NCBI GenBank assembly: GCA_051652765.1
Contig: JBOFUV010000071.1
Coordinates: 43,437-107,436 of the forward strand
DNA length: 64,000 bases
From: Microcoleaceae cyanobacterium
GTDB lineage: Bacteria; Cyanobacteriota; Cyanobacteriia; Cyanobacteriales; Microcoleaceae
Direction: 5' to 3'
Shown here in pieces: positions 34,170-43,060 of this stretch. Below the pieces are notes generated by a model, which saw only the letters and a list, made by a program, of their open reading frames with translations, was not told where the DNA came from and did no database searches. Position 1 is the first letter of the stretch. Every line of letters begins with the position of its first letter. The position numbers and the translations under genes are program-made.

Positions 34170-34751
34170 TTACTTCGTTACTTCTGTTTGACCAGTACCA
34201 CATACAAGTCTTCCAGTTTTAACTTCTGGGTTAGCTACAGTAGCAGTAAACTCTCCTGCACTAGCTTGCTGCTGACAGAGGACAGAAGTAGTTGATTTAT
34301 CTGTTCCGGCAGGTACTAACGAAACTCCTCCAGCGTATGCTAGAAGAGCCACACTTGCGGGTTTAGCCGTGCTAACAACGCCCTGCTCCTCACCAAGTTT
34401 TGCTTCCTTACCTAGCTCATACTTATAGTTAGTCGTCTGAGTTTTGATACCAAGCCCTAAGTCGGTAATTGCTAAGTCTCTCGTCTTGGTAGGATCAGCA
34501 GGATCAATTATAAACTTAAATGTACTGCTCTCCGCATAATGAGCTTGTATCCCTTTACTAATCGATGAGAGATACTGTTTCGCCTCAGACTGCTTGGCTT
34601 TGTTGGCTTGGTTCAAGAAGGATGGAAGGGCGATCGCTGACAAGATACCAATAATGATAATTACGACCAACAATTCAATCAGGGTGAAACCCTCTTCTTT
34701 TCTCTTATTCGCAACGTGTTGTAGAAACTTTGCTTTAAATTCGGTCTTCAT
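34170..34751 (-). CDS. pilA: Type IV major pilin
   Basis: Prepilin cleavage site EEG|FTLIELLVVIIIIGILSAIALP. Confidence 0.92.
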   Translation of the reverse strand: MKTEFKAKFLQHVANKRKEEGFTLIELLVVIIIIGILSAIALPSFLNQANKAKQSEAKQYLSSISKGIQAHYAESSTFKFIIDPADPTKTRDLAITDLGLGIKTQTTNYKYELGKEAKLGEEQGVVSTAKPASVALLAYAGGVSLVPAGTDKSTTSVLCQQQASAGEFTATVANPEVKTGRLVCGTGQTEVTK

Positions 34752-34828
34752 GGATGATTTCTCCTTTGGGGTTGGAATCTTATTCCTTAGCTGTATTCCT
34801 AACTTACCCAGGCACTGTCCGTTTCATA

Positions 34829-36187
34829 TCACCCCTCTGAAAATTCTTCAGAATTTTCAGCAGATCGCTCTAAGAGCACATACAGAAAGGGTTCAAGGTC
34901 AGTTAACAGTTCTTTCATCTGCTCAAATGCCATGCAATCCGTTGTGGGCTCCAGCGTCAGAGGATTCAGAGGTTGGATCTTTTTCCAACGTTCGACCAAC
35001 GCTGTAAAGGGTTGCGGCCCATCCCATAGGGGGAGAAGACTTGTAGCTCGACTACTTTCAATATTGATAGGAACTAGAGCAGGTAACGACACGTATTGAC
35101 TGATGACAAAAGGTTGATGCTTGCCAACGCAGTCTATTAGATCCTTTTGGGCTTTTTCATGCCGAATTTGAGGATGGAGATGAACTTGAACCTGTTGCCA
35201 ATCTGAATCTGTCCACTCTGAGATTTCGGTTAACGGTTGAGTTGCCTCAGGATGACCGCACCAGAAGTCAATCAAACGATGAATGGGATGTAGCAATTCA
35301 AAGATAGTTAGACGTTCTCTAGTAGAAGCTTCTGGTAAAGTCATTGCTAGAAATGCAGGCAAGTTATCAGGCTCTTTGAATAACTCCATCAGATCCCAGT
35401 ATCGCCAATTCACCATACTGACAAACTCCAGATCAGCCTTGTCCAAAGCATCAAACAGTTCAGGAATGGTATATCCTTTGTCTCCCTGGAACAAATAGTT
35501 CATCAATACCCCTTCTTCTGATTGGTCTAATCGAGATGTCCAGGTTTGTTGCTTTAACTGCACATTATCATGCAAGGATTTCATGACTTCCCTTGACAGT
35601 TCGACCTCCATTTCACGGGGATTGTCATCCATTAGACCCATGGTTTTAAACAATTGCTGTGCTCTAAAATAATTCACGCGCTGAATTGCACTATGGAGAT
35701 TTGCCCGAATAATGCCATTCGGTTTCAAGACGGATTTCAATGCCTTCAACGTAACAGCAATATTTGGGAATAAATAGAGCAGCTCATCAATGTTAATATA
35801 ATCAAACTCTAGATTGAGTTGAGAGATATCATCAACAGAGAGAACATGAAACTCATGATTTGTAAAGCCGTAATGTTCAAGTCGTTGTTGAGCAAGTTTA
35901 ACTGATTCTTCGGAAATATCAATCCCAACAATTCTCGCTCCGGGATTGGCTTCTGCTAAAACTAGAGACTTATAACCACTGCCGCAGCCTGCGTCTAGAA
36001 TAACTTTTCCTTCAGTACTAATAACTTTCTGATTTCTTAAATAGTAAGAAGTGACTAGATTATGAATATAGAGCGATTGATAATCTTCCTTAGGCGATTG
36101 CTCTAAAGGAGTACGTGGGTAAGGGGCTGAGTCAAACTGTTGACGAATTTTTTCGAGTAACTCTGGGTCTTTTGGCTCCATGTTCAC
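34829..36187 (-). CDS. Class I SAM-dependent methyltransferase
   Basis: ILDAGCGSG, VGIDIS and LKPNGII motifs. Confidence 0.88.
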   Translation of the reverse strand: MNMEPKDPELLEKIRQQFDSAPYPRTPLEQSPKEDYQSLYIHNLVTSYYLRNQKVISTEGKVILDAGCGSGYKSLVLAEANPGARIVGIDISEESVKLAQQRLEHYGFTNHEFHVLSVDDISQLNLEFDYINIDELLYLFPNIAVTLKALKSVLKPNGIIRANLHSAIQRVNYFRAQQLFKTMGLMDDNPREMEVELSREVMKSLHDNVQLKQQTWTSRLDQSEEGVLMNYLFQGDKGYTIPELFDALDKADLEFVSMVNWRYWDLMELFKEPDNLPAFLAMTLPEASTRERLTIFELLHPIHRLIDFWCGHPEATQPLTEISEWTDSDWQQVQVHLHPQIRHEKAQKDLIDCVGKHQPFVISQYVSLPALVPINIESSRATSLLPLWDGPQPFTALVERWKKIQPLNPLTLEPTTDCMAFEQMKELLTDLEPFLYVLLERSAENSEEFSEG

Positions 36188-36254
36188 AATTCTTCTGTGC
36201 TAATCTCTGACCAATGATATCTTAATTCTTAAACCCTGACTCTAGTTTGCAATC

Positions 36255-36446
36255 ATGAAAGATGCTAAAGGATATATCCTTAAGATTTTGCTGTTGTCTG
36301 CTGCACTTTCCCTGCTGATTAAATCCACTGGGCCTAGGCTGGAAGTTCCTGCAACAGCGGTCAACGCTCTAATTGCTGTGTTCCTCCCGAGCCTAATGCT
36401 GGCTGGATTACTAATTGGGAGGCAAACCAATCAAAAGTCGTTATAG
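36255..36446 (+). CDS. Small 2-TM hypothetical protein
   Basis: 63-aa hydrophobic ORF that fills the intergenic gap. Confidence 0.55.
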   Translation: MKDAKGYILKILLLSAALSLLIKSTGPRLEVPATAVNALIAVFLPSLMLAGLLIGRQTNQKSL

Positions 36447-36464
36447 TCTCTGAGGGTCTAGAAT

Positions 36465-37175
36465 TCAACGATTCAATAGGTAGCCGTTCAGGACAAACGC
36501 TACAGCAGCACTGCCGAGGGGAACGGTGAGGTTGTCAATACCGAGTTTTGAGAAGACTTCCAGGCCAGTGGCCACGAGAGCGACAACCCCTGAAACGACC
36601 CAGGTTTGCCAGAGATTACCCTGAACGTTCAAGAGAATCAAGCTAGACACAACATAACTGACCAAACCCATGGTAAGAGACCCTTCCCAGCTCTTGCGAA
36701 TCTCACCAACTTGGTAAGGATGATTGCCAAACCGTTGACCGATCACCGCCGCCAAACCATCCCCCCAGGCCATGATCAGAATACCGATAGCCGCATATTC
36801 TGGCTTTTCCACCGACCAAAACCATCCAATCAGCAAACCCACACTGACGGCGTAAAAAAATGTGCCCAAGCTCTTGCGGCCCACGCTGTTAACACTGGGC
36901 AAAATGGGAATTTGGTAAGAAATCAAAGCCACCATACCCGAAATCACCCCAGCCGCAACCCCGATCCAACCCGGAATCTGCAGCCACCACGCTAACAAAA
37001 TCACATTTCCCGTGCCAATATGCACAATTTTGCGGGAGACCTCAGGGCTAACGGATTTCCAGCGGTTTAAGCCTTCCGCAATCAGCAAAATGACTCCAAG
37101 CCAAGCCCCAACCAAGATCACATGTTGCCAAACATTCGGATTTTCGCTCAGGAGAGTCATGGGAATCATTTGCAA
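36465..37175 (-). CDS. Phytol/polyprenol kinase (cytidylyltransferase family) membrane protein
   Basis: SRKIVHI, GDGLAA, KSWEGS and DNLTVP motifs. Confidence 0.88.
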   Translation of the reverse strand: MQMIPMTLLSENPNVWQHVILVGAWLGVILLIAEGLNRWKSVSPEVSRKIVHIGTGNVILLAWWLQIPGWIGVAAGVISGMVALISYQIPILPSVNSVGRKSLGTFFYAVSVGLLIGWFWSVEKPEYAAIGILIMAWGDGLAAVIGQRFGNHPYQVGEIRKSWEGSLTMGLVSYVVSSLILLNVQGNLWQTWVVSGVVALVATGLEVFSKLGIDNLTVPLGSAAVAFVLNGYLLNR

Positions 37176-37501
37176 CGTTCGGGGGGCGCGCCCTGAGGAA
37201 CTTTAGGAACCTGGATTGAAAGACCGTGGAGCAGATCAGAATACCATTCCTGTCAATCCAACACCACCTTCAATCATCCAGCTTAATATACCTGGAGTGA
37301 TTTTTCACTCAAACAGTGAATCCTTTCTCTCGAATGCCTGATATTGAGGGGCATTGAGGTTCATTGAGGGGCATTGGGGTTTAAGCGGCGCTGTTGGCCG
37401 ATGAGAAATCATTTAACAAAAATTGACCTTAGTTGACTTTTGTTGATCTTTAAGTCAGTTGTACAAAAAATCAGCTATACTGAAGAAACAACACACCCAG
37501 A

Positions 37502-38062
37502 TTGATACAAATCTCCACATTTATGGTTGTAGCAGGTCAGGCAAGCATCGAATACACTAGATACAGACAGCCCATTCGGCGATCGCCAGAGGAAGGGTTG
37601 GATGTCGTCGAACGTGTGACCGTCATGAAAGAACAGGACTGTTTAGTCGTTTATGCAGAACTGGTTGAAACCCTCAAGCGCCTTGGTCTGGGATGGGTAG
37701 CTGAACAGGTTGTTGAGGTTGTCAGTGCGGGCAAAGTGGTCGAAGAAACGGTCTCTGGACGTAAGACACCCGATCTAAAGTTAACCTATCACACGCCTTC
37801 AGAACAGGTGCTGCTATTAATTCAAGCCATTGAAAAAGCAGTCATTGATACTCTGGACATCGAGTTAAGTCTTGCAGAAAGCTTGGGTCAGGAAGACACT
37901 GGGGCGATCGCGCCCGAAATCCACTTCACGTCATCATTGGGTGGCCAAGAAAATAGATTTAAGTTTACTCAAGATGCCATTGAACATCGCCAAAAACAGC
38001 TTAAGAGTTTGCGAATGTCATTAAATACGTTAAGACTTGAACACTTAAACCCAAACGCTTAA
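37502..38062 (+). CDS. Hypothetical protein (likely start ATG 37625)
   Basis: Open frame upstream of and co-oriented with 38095; no family recognised. Confidence 0.6.
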   Translation: MIQISTFMVVAGQASIEYTRYRQPIRRSPEEGLDVVERVTVMKEQDCLVVYAELVETLKRLGLGWVAEQVVEVVSAGKVVEETVSGRKTPDLKLTYHTPSEQVLLLIQAIEKAVIDTLDIELSLAESLGQEDTGAIAPEIHFTSSLGGQENRFKFTQDAIEHRQKQLKSLRMSLNTLRLEHLNPNA

Positions 38063-38094
38063 ATCTAAACCCTTAAAACAGGAAATACTGAACG

Positions 38095-38766
38095 ATGCCA
38101 GCCAGCTCCGCCTTGATTAAAACTCTGCAAAATCAGTTGAAACAGGTAATCAACCCTGAGATTCAAGCTGCATCTGAAATCGCTGATTTATATAAGTTCT
38201 ATATTTTTAACTTAATGATCAAGGCTGCTCGTAATGAAGGCGCATTTGTTCACTATCAAGATGTCTTAAAACATGATCCTGAACGGTTAGTATTTCGTCA
38301 GCGGGCAGGGCAAATTCATGACACGTCTCAATCCTATACTCACGCTGTGATTGAGTTTAAAAATAAACCGATTCTAGAGTTACACATTGGCGTAAAAGCT
38401 CAGGGTCGATTGCGAGTTTTGTATGATTGCGATGTCTGTATTTTATACAAGATAGAAGCAGAAAGTTGCCGAACCAATCAGCGAATTCCTCGCGCTTCAG
38501 GAATCTTAATGGTTGTAGATTGCCAGCATTATACCTCTGAACTTCCCCTGGAATCGGCTCAAGCATTTCTAGCTTTGTCCTCGGAACTGCGACTGATGGG
38601 AGGTTGTTATTTCGTCTCGAATAGTGCTTCTGATGCTGTGGCAAAGCTGCTCGCGAGCCGCAAGCGAAAGTGGGATTATAATGTTGTTCCTAATACTGAG
38701 AATAATGTTAATCGCCTGATGTATGAATTTCAAACTAACTTTAAAGACTTCAAGGCGAAACATTAG
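38095..38766 (+). CDS. Hypothetical protein, possible degenerate PD-(D/E)XK nuclease fold
   Basis: V.AQG....YDCDVCIL...VDCQHY resembles restriction-endonuclease-like HE.DV...ECK.Y. Confidence 0.55.
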   Translation: MPASSALIKTLQNQLKQVINPEIQAASEIADLYKFYIFNLMIKAARNEGAFVHYQDVLKHDPERLVFRQRAGQIHDTSQSYTHAVIEFKNKPILELHIGVKAQGRLRVLYDCDVCILYKIEAESCRTNQRIPRASGILMVVDCQHYTSELPLESAQAFLALSSELRLMGGCYFVSNSASDAVAKLLASRKRKWDYNVVPNTENNVNRLMYEFQTNFKDFKAKH

Positions 38767-38767
38767 G

Positions 38768-38795
38768 GAGCTTGGAGGCAACGCCCCCAAGCTCC
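38768..38795. terminator. GC-rich hairpin after the 38766 stop
   Basis: GGAGCTTGG...CCAAGCTCC inverted repeat. Confidence 0.55.
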
Positions 38796-38878
38796 ATTGA
38801 TTCACACCTCAATTTCGTGGAAAATGCTATGTCGAAAAACGCTTCTACAATGTTGGATATACCTTAATACCAATCAGG

Positions 38879-40381
38879 ATGAACTTTTTTGACAAGCTTC
38901 TCACTGCAATTGATCGTTGCCAGAGTTTGCTCTATGTTGCCCTTGATCCCCAGCTAGAAGGGGAGTTCCAGCTCAATCTTGCTCAACAACAGGATTGGAT
39001 TCAGGGTGTCATTCGTCAGACTCAGGGCCAAATTTGTGCCTACAAGCTGAACCTGGGATTTTATCTAGCCTTGGGCACGGAGGGAATTGAACTGTTGCAG
39101 TGGGTGCTCCAGCATCTGCCGCCGGACATTCCCACCATTCTGGATGCCAAGTACAGCGATCTCAATAGCAGTACAGCCTTTGCGCGCCTCATTTTTGAGC
39201 AGTGGCAATTTGATGCTTGCACAGTCATGGCCTATGCCGGACAAGACCAAGTCACGCCTTTTTTGCTCTATCCCGGCAAAGCAGTTTTTGTCTTAGGGAC
39301 GACCGCCAATCCCTCTGCAAAAATGGTGCAGGACTATCCTGATGCTCAACAACCGTTATCTTTGCAGTTGGTCAAAACTGCCCAAACTTGGGGTACACCG
39401 GATCAAGTGGGAGTAGAAGTGGGGATGATGGCGGATAGGTTGGCCAAGGTGAGAAAGGCCGCCCCTGAGCGGTTGATTTTGCTTGAGGGCAATGCTGCTG
39501 CAGAAGATGATTTAACTCAGGACAGTGACTTAACGCAAATTCTAGCTGCTGGGTTAAATGCGAGTGGAGAAGGTTTATTGTTACCAATTCCACCACGATT
39601 TTTAATGAATCAGAACGCTTCTGGAATTATTTCTGAAATAAGTACCCCAAAAACAAGTACCCCAAAAACAAGTACCCCTGAAATAATTCTTCAGGGGATT
39701 AATCATCTGCGGGAAAGGATTAATATTGAACGCCAAAAAGTGCTTGAAAACAGTCCCACCTGTGAACTATGGCTGCCTGATATTTGCTTTTTAGATTCTC
39801 AACCTCACCGGGATTTAATTCTACAACTTTACGATATTGGCTGTATTGTTTTTGGCGAGCATGTGCAATCTTCTGGGGAAGTTTTTCCTTACTATGTTGA
39901 TCTGCGACGAATTATTTCAATCCCTCAAGTCTTTCATCAAATTGTTAGCGCCTATGCTGAAATTTTGCAAGGATTAACGTTTGATCGGATCGCTGGAATT
40001 CCCTATGGTTCCCTCCCCACCGCCACAGGTTTGGCTCTGCGTCTGGAACGTCCGATGATTTTCCCTCGAAAAGAAGTCAAAAGTTATGGCACAGGACGCT
40101 TGGTAGAAGGTCATTTTCAACAGGGAGAAACAATTGTCGTAGTTGACGATATTTTAATTACAGGAAACAGTGTTGTCCAGGGTGCGGAAAAGTTACAATC
40201 AGTCGGATTAAACGTTCAAGATATTGTGGTGTTTATTGATCACGGTCGGAACGTCATAGACAAACTGCAGCAGCAAGGCTATCAAGGTCACGCGGTGTTA
40301 ACCTTGGGTGAAATTGCCGAAACCCTATATCAATCTAACCGGATTACCCAAACGGAATTCGAACTTTTTCAACAGAGTTAG
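38879..40381 (+). CDS. pyrF-pyrE: Bifunctional OMP decarboxylase / orotate phosphoribosyltransferase
   Basis: VALDP, AYK and DAKxxD in the N-terminal half; SSG...YYVDLR, RKEVKSYG and VVVDDILITG in the C-terminal half. Confidence 0.88.
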   Translation: MNFFDKLLTAIDRCQSLLYVALDPQLEGEFQLNLAQQQDWIQGVIRQTQGQICAYKLNLGFYLALGTEGIELLQWVLQHLPPDIPTILDAKYSDLNSSTAFARLIFEQWQFDACTVMAYAGQDQVTPFLLYPGKAVFVLGTTANPSAKMVQDYPDAQQPLSLQLVKTAQTWGTPDQVGVEVGMMADRLAKVRKAAPERLILLEGNAAAEDDLTQDSDLTQILAAGLNASGEGLLLPIPPRFLMNQNASGIISEISTPKTSTPKTSTPEIILQGINHLRERINIERQKVLENSPTCELWLPDICFLDSQPHRDLILQLYDIGCIVFGEHVQSSGEVFPYYVDLRRIISIPQVFHQIVSAYAEILQGLTFDRIAGIPYGSLPTATGLALRLERPMIFPRKEVKSYGTGRLVEGHFQQGETIVVVDDILITGNSVVQGAEKLQSVGLNVQDIVVFIDHGRNVIDKLQQQGYQGHAVLTLGEIAETLYQSNRITQTEFELFQQS

Positions 40382-40575
40382 AATTTGGAGGAGAACATGA
40401 TCAAATCGCAAGTTGAGCAACAACTTTTTTGACTGACAGCATAATATCAATGACGACTTAAAGTTTAGATGCGATCAATTCTAGCTATTCCTAAAAAATT
40501 TCTGCCTCTGACCTGAACATTGATCAACAGCTTTTGCCGCTCAACCCTCAACATAATCCTACAAAAGAAAATTAG

Positions 40576-40719
40576 ATTTTGTCAGGACTGGGGGTAAACC
40601 GAGCGTAGAATCTTACAATGAATTTTAGTTATGAATTCCAGTGAAGCGACTTGAGGTGTCATTGAACAGTATTCATTCCAGCCCGACCCTAGTTCATCTG
40701 CTGCGCGATCGCGCCCAAA
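40576..40719 (+). repeat. 144-bp direct repeat, left copy (duplicate of FAAL upstream region and first 26 codons)
   Basis: 143/144 identical to 47754..47897; contains HIP1 at 40705..40712. Confidence 0.97.
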
Positions 40720-41086
40720 TTTTACCTAAAGCAGTGATGCTGCCACCTGTAATAATGAGAACCATACCTCCAAATACTCCAGGAAGTGTAGCCGCTACCG
40801 TTTGAGAGAAAATCTGCTTTTTTGTGCGATTTTGTTCTTTTATCTGCTTCCACCATGCTTCTGACTGGCGCTGGGATTCTTCAAAACTTTGACCAGGATT
40901 TGAGCGAGGCATACTGGGATGATCGCCCGGTTTTATGAGTTCGATAAAGCCTGATCCAAAGGTGAAGAAGCCTGATAGGAAAACAATTACACCTGCTGTC
41001 GAAATCGCCATTCCCAAGTAGATGACAGCTTTTCTGGATGCTGGGATTGGTTGATAGGGAGCGATCGGGTTGGAATGGGTGGGCAT
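40694..41086 (-). CDS. Hypothetical 2-TM membrane protein
   Basis: Two hydrophobic helices flank a polar loop; the last codons and stop lie inside the direct repeat. Confidence 0.7.
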   Translation of the reverse strand: MPTHSNPIAPYQPIPASRKAVIYLGMAISTAGVIVFLSGFFTFGSGFIELIKPGDHPSMPRSNPGQSFEESQRQSEAWWKQIKEQNRTKKQIFSQTVAATLPGVFGGMVLIITGGSITALGKIWARSRSR

Positions 41087-41321
41087 AAATTGCTGGAGAA
41101 TAGCAGGAGTATGATTAAGAATAGGCAGACGTTAAATTAGGTTTTCTATCTTTATCTATTGATACAAAGTAAGCCTTACAAGTTCCGGTAATCGATTTAC
41201 TTTGATCGATCGTATTTACACGGGTGTAGGGATTTAAAAAATTATCAGACAGCAGTAGTTATTTATCTAAAAACTCTACTACAAAACCAATTTGGAGGTT
41301 CAAAAACTAGCATCCCTTTAC

Positions 41322-41424
41322 TATAGCGCTGCTCAATGGTGTAGTTACACATTAAACGATGGATGCTTGAGTGGGACATTTTTAGATCAACTGTAATGTA
41401 ACTACTCCAGAGCGCACTGCTATA
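41322..41424. mobile_element. MITE-like element with 28-bp imperfect terminal inverted repeats
   Basis: TATAGCGCTGCTCAATGGTGTAGTTACA versus the reverse complement of 41397..41424: 22/28 match, with TA ends. Confidence 0.55.
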
Positions 41425-41454
41425 CCTACGATCGCGAGGTTTGAAACAGAATAC

Positions 41455-42144
41455 CTATCGCACCATTCTATGCTGTCGAACATTGTTCCGCATCCACTGT
41501 CCGACCTGAGCCGAACCTAGGCGATCTTGTTCTTCTGTAATCAGAGGAGTTCTGCGTTCACCTCGTCCTATTTCAGGACGAGGTGGCTCTACTCTAACTG
41601 GATGATCGCCTCCCCAAGGAAACCCGCCCATTCCAGCGTGGGTAGCTCTAAATCGTCTTGTAATCAGCCTGCCTGGTGACTGAATCCTAGTTCCACAGTT
41701 TCCAAAATACCAACGTGACTCAACTGCTGGATCGCGCATAGCGTGGTAAACATTTCTCACATTCCAAGGAATTAATTCAGTTTCAGTACTGATATCTCGA
41801 TCCACCGCATCGAAAAGTGCCATACATTCAATACGCAATTCGCTTGCCCAAGGATGGCGCAACAAACGTTGTGCTACAGCTATACAAGTTGCACCACCAC
41901 GACTATATCCAGCCAATAGAATTGTTGTATCTCGAAACCGTTCAACTTTACTTTGAATATAGTTTTCAACCTCCGCTGCAATATGTGTAACTTGTATTGT
42001 TAAACTCAACTCATCTGGTCCTCGAAAGTATTGCTTATGGGTTTCTGGACATTCGCGAATAAATTGTTGAATAAAACTGTTAGACATATCTCTTCGGTAA
42101 ACATCTGGATCGCCAGAACCACTTCCATCGACACCAATAAACAC
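41455..42144 (-). CDS. Alpha/beta-hydrolase, Tle1/DUF2235-like lipase
   Basis: GGAGG site before a GTG start. GVDGSG, nucleophile elbow GYSRGG, LFDAV, YHAM and THAGMGG. Confidence 0.7.
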   Translation of the reverse strand: MFIGVDGSGSGDPDVYRRDMSNSFIQQFIRECPETHKQYFRGPDELSLTIQVTHIAAEVENYIQSKVERFRDTTILLAGYSRGGATCIAVAQRLLRHPWASELRIECMALFDAVDRDISTETELIPWNVRNVYHAMRDPAVESRWYFGNCGTRIQSPGRLITRRFRATHAGMGGFPWGGDHPVRVEPPRPEIGRGERRTPLITEEQDRLGSAQVGQWMRNNVRQHRMVR

Positions 42145-42193
42145 TTCTTTTTCCTCCTTTGCTTAAAGATGCTTTTCCAAAGAAAGTTTCATT

Positions 42194-43039
42194 CTATAAT
42201 CCTCTGTCATCTATACCTCTACTGATTATTCCTCTGCTATCAAGATCCGGAGTAATGTTTGTCATGCTGGAAGGCAAATCGGATTCAAGTCCCATTTGGA
42301 GGCTTTCTAGATATGAAGGCGGACTGGCAGAGAATCTAGCCCTCCCTCGGACTATTCTTGACGGTTGTAACATTGCCTGTACACCCTGCTGAAACCAAAT
42401 AATCCTTTGTCCATGTCTCTGTCTATATCGCGATCTTCCTCTTCCTCTCCATATCTGTTGGAAAAGATTTAGTGCTTGGTTCAAGTTATAGTGAGAACTG
42501 TTTGAATCTAATGCCTCCCAAAAACTAACTATACCAGGATCGCTTGTCGAGTAAAGTTCTACTCTTGCTGGATTGAACCTGGCATCAATAATTGCCATTT
42601 GAATTAGCTCATCAAGATTAATAGCAAATGGCTTCCTTAAATATAGTTGATTGATGAATTCATTTATCCTGCTTTGTAGTAGTGTAGCAATTGCAGATGA
42701 TGTTATGTAAAGTTGTGCAACTCTACTATAGAATGAAGCAAGTTGATGACTTTCTGAATAGGCGCTCTTGACTCGATACCAATCAGCAATTACATCCTGA
42801 AGCGTAGCTTGGGAAGAGGTTCTTCGGTGATAGAAAACAATTCCAGTTCTTAGTAGTTGAGAGATCATTCCTGCGACTTGTGGTTGACTTAATCCTCCTC
42901 TAGAGTCGATGAGATATCCTACTCCAATAGTTACAAATCCATTTTCATCACAGTAAAAATGGTCAACATCTCCTTCTTTGGATCTGATAAAAGAGATAAG
43001 TTGTGCCATTCTTAGAGAATTGGTTCTTAAATCTCCCAC
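42194..43039 (-). CDS. Phage-type (T4/GH24-like) lysozyme
   Basis: Exact E-x8-D-x5-T triad (KEGDVDHFYCDENGFVTIGVG); AAGGAG site before a GTG start. Confidence 0.72.
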   Translation of the reverse strand: MGDLRTNSLRMAQLISFIRSKEGDVDHFYCDENGFVTIGVGYLIDSRGGLSQPQVAGMISQLLRTGIVFYHRRTSSQATLQDVIADWYRVKSAYSESHQLASFYSRVAQLYITSSAIATLLQSRINEFINQLYLRKPFAINLDELIQMAIIDARFNPARVELYSTSDPGIVSFWEALDSNSSHYNLNQALNLFQQIWRGRGRSRYRQRHGQRIIWFQQGVQAMLQPSRIVRGRARFSASPPSYLESLQMGLESDLPSSMTNITPDLDSRGIISRGIDDRGL

Positions 43040-43060
43040 AACTATAAGTCTCCTTGATAC

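Noticed and set aside
40397..40575. Ribosome-binding site and ATG after pyrF-pyrE (MIKSQVEQQLF*)
   Set aside because: The frame stops after 11 codons. It may be a gene remnant, but I cannot assign it.
41100..41454. Search for an attC closing the toxin-like operon
   Set aside because: ATTTAAC occurs on the minus strand near 41131, but no complementary GTTRRRY arm follows.
42194..43039. Lysozyme as evidence of a prophage
   Set aside because: No capsid, terminase, tail or replication genes are recognisable in the window.
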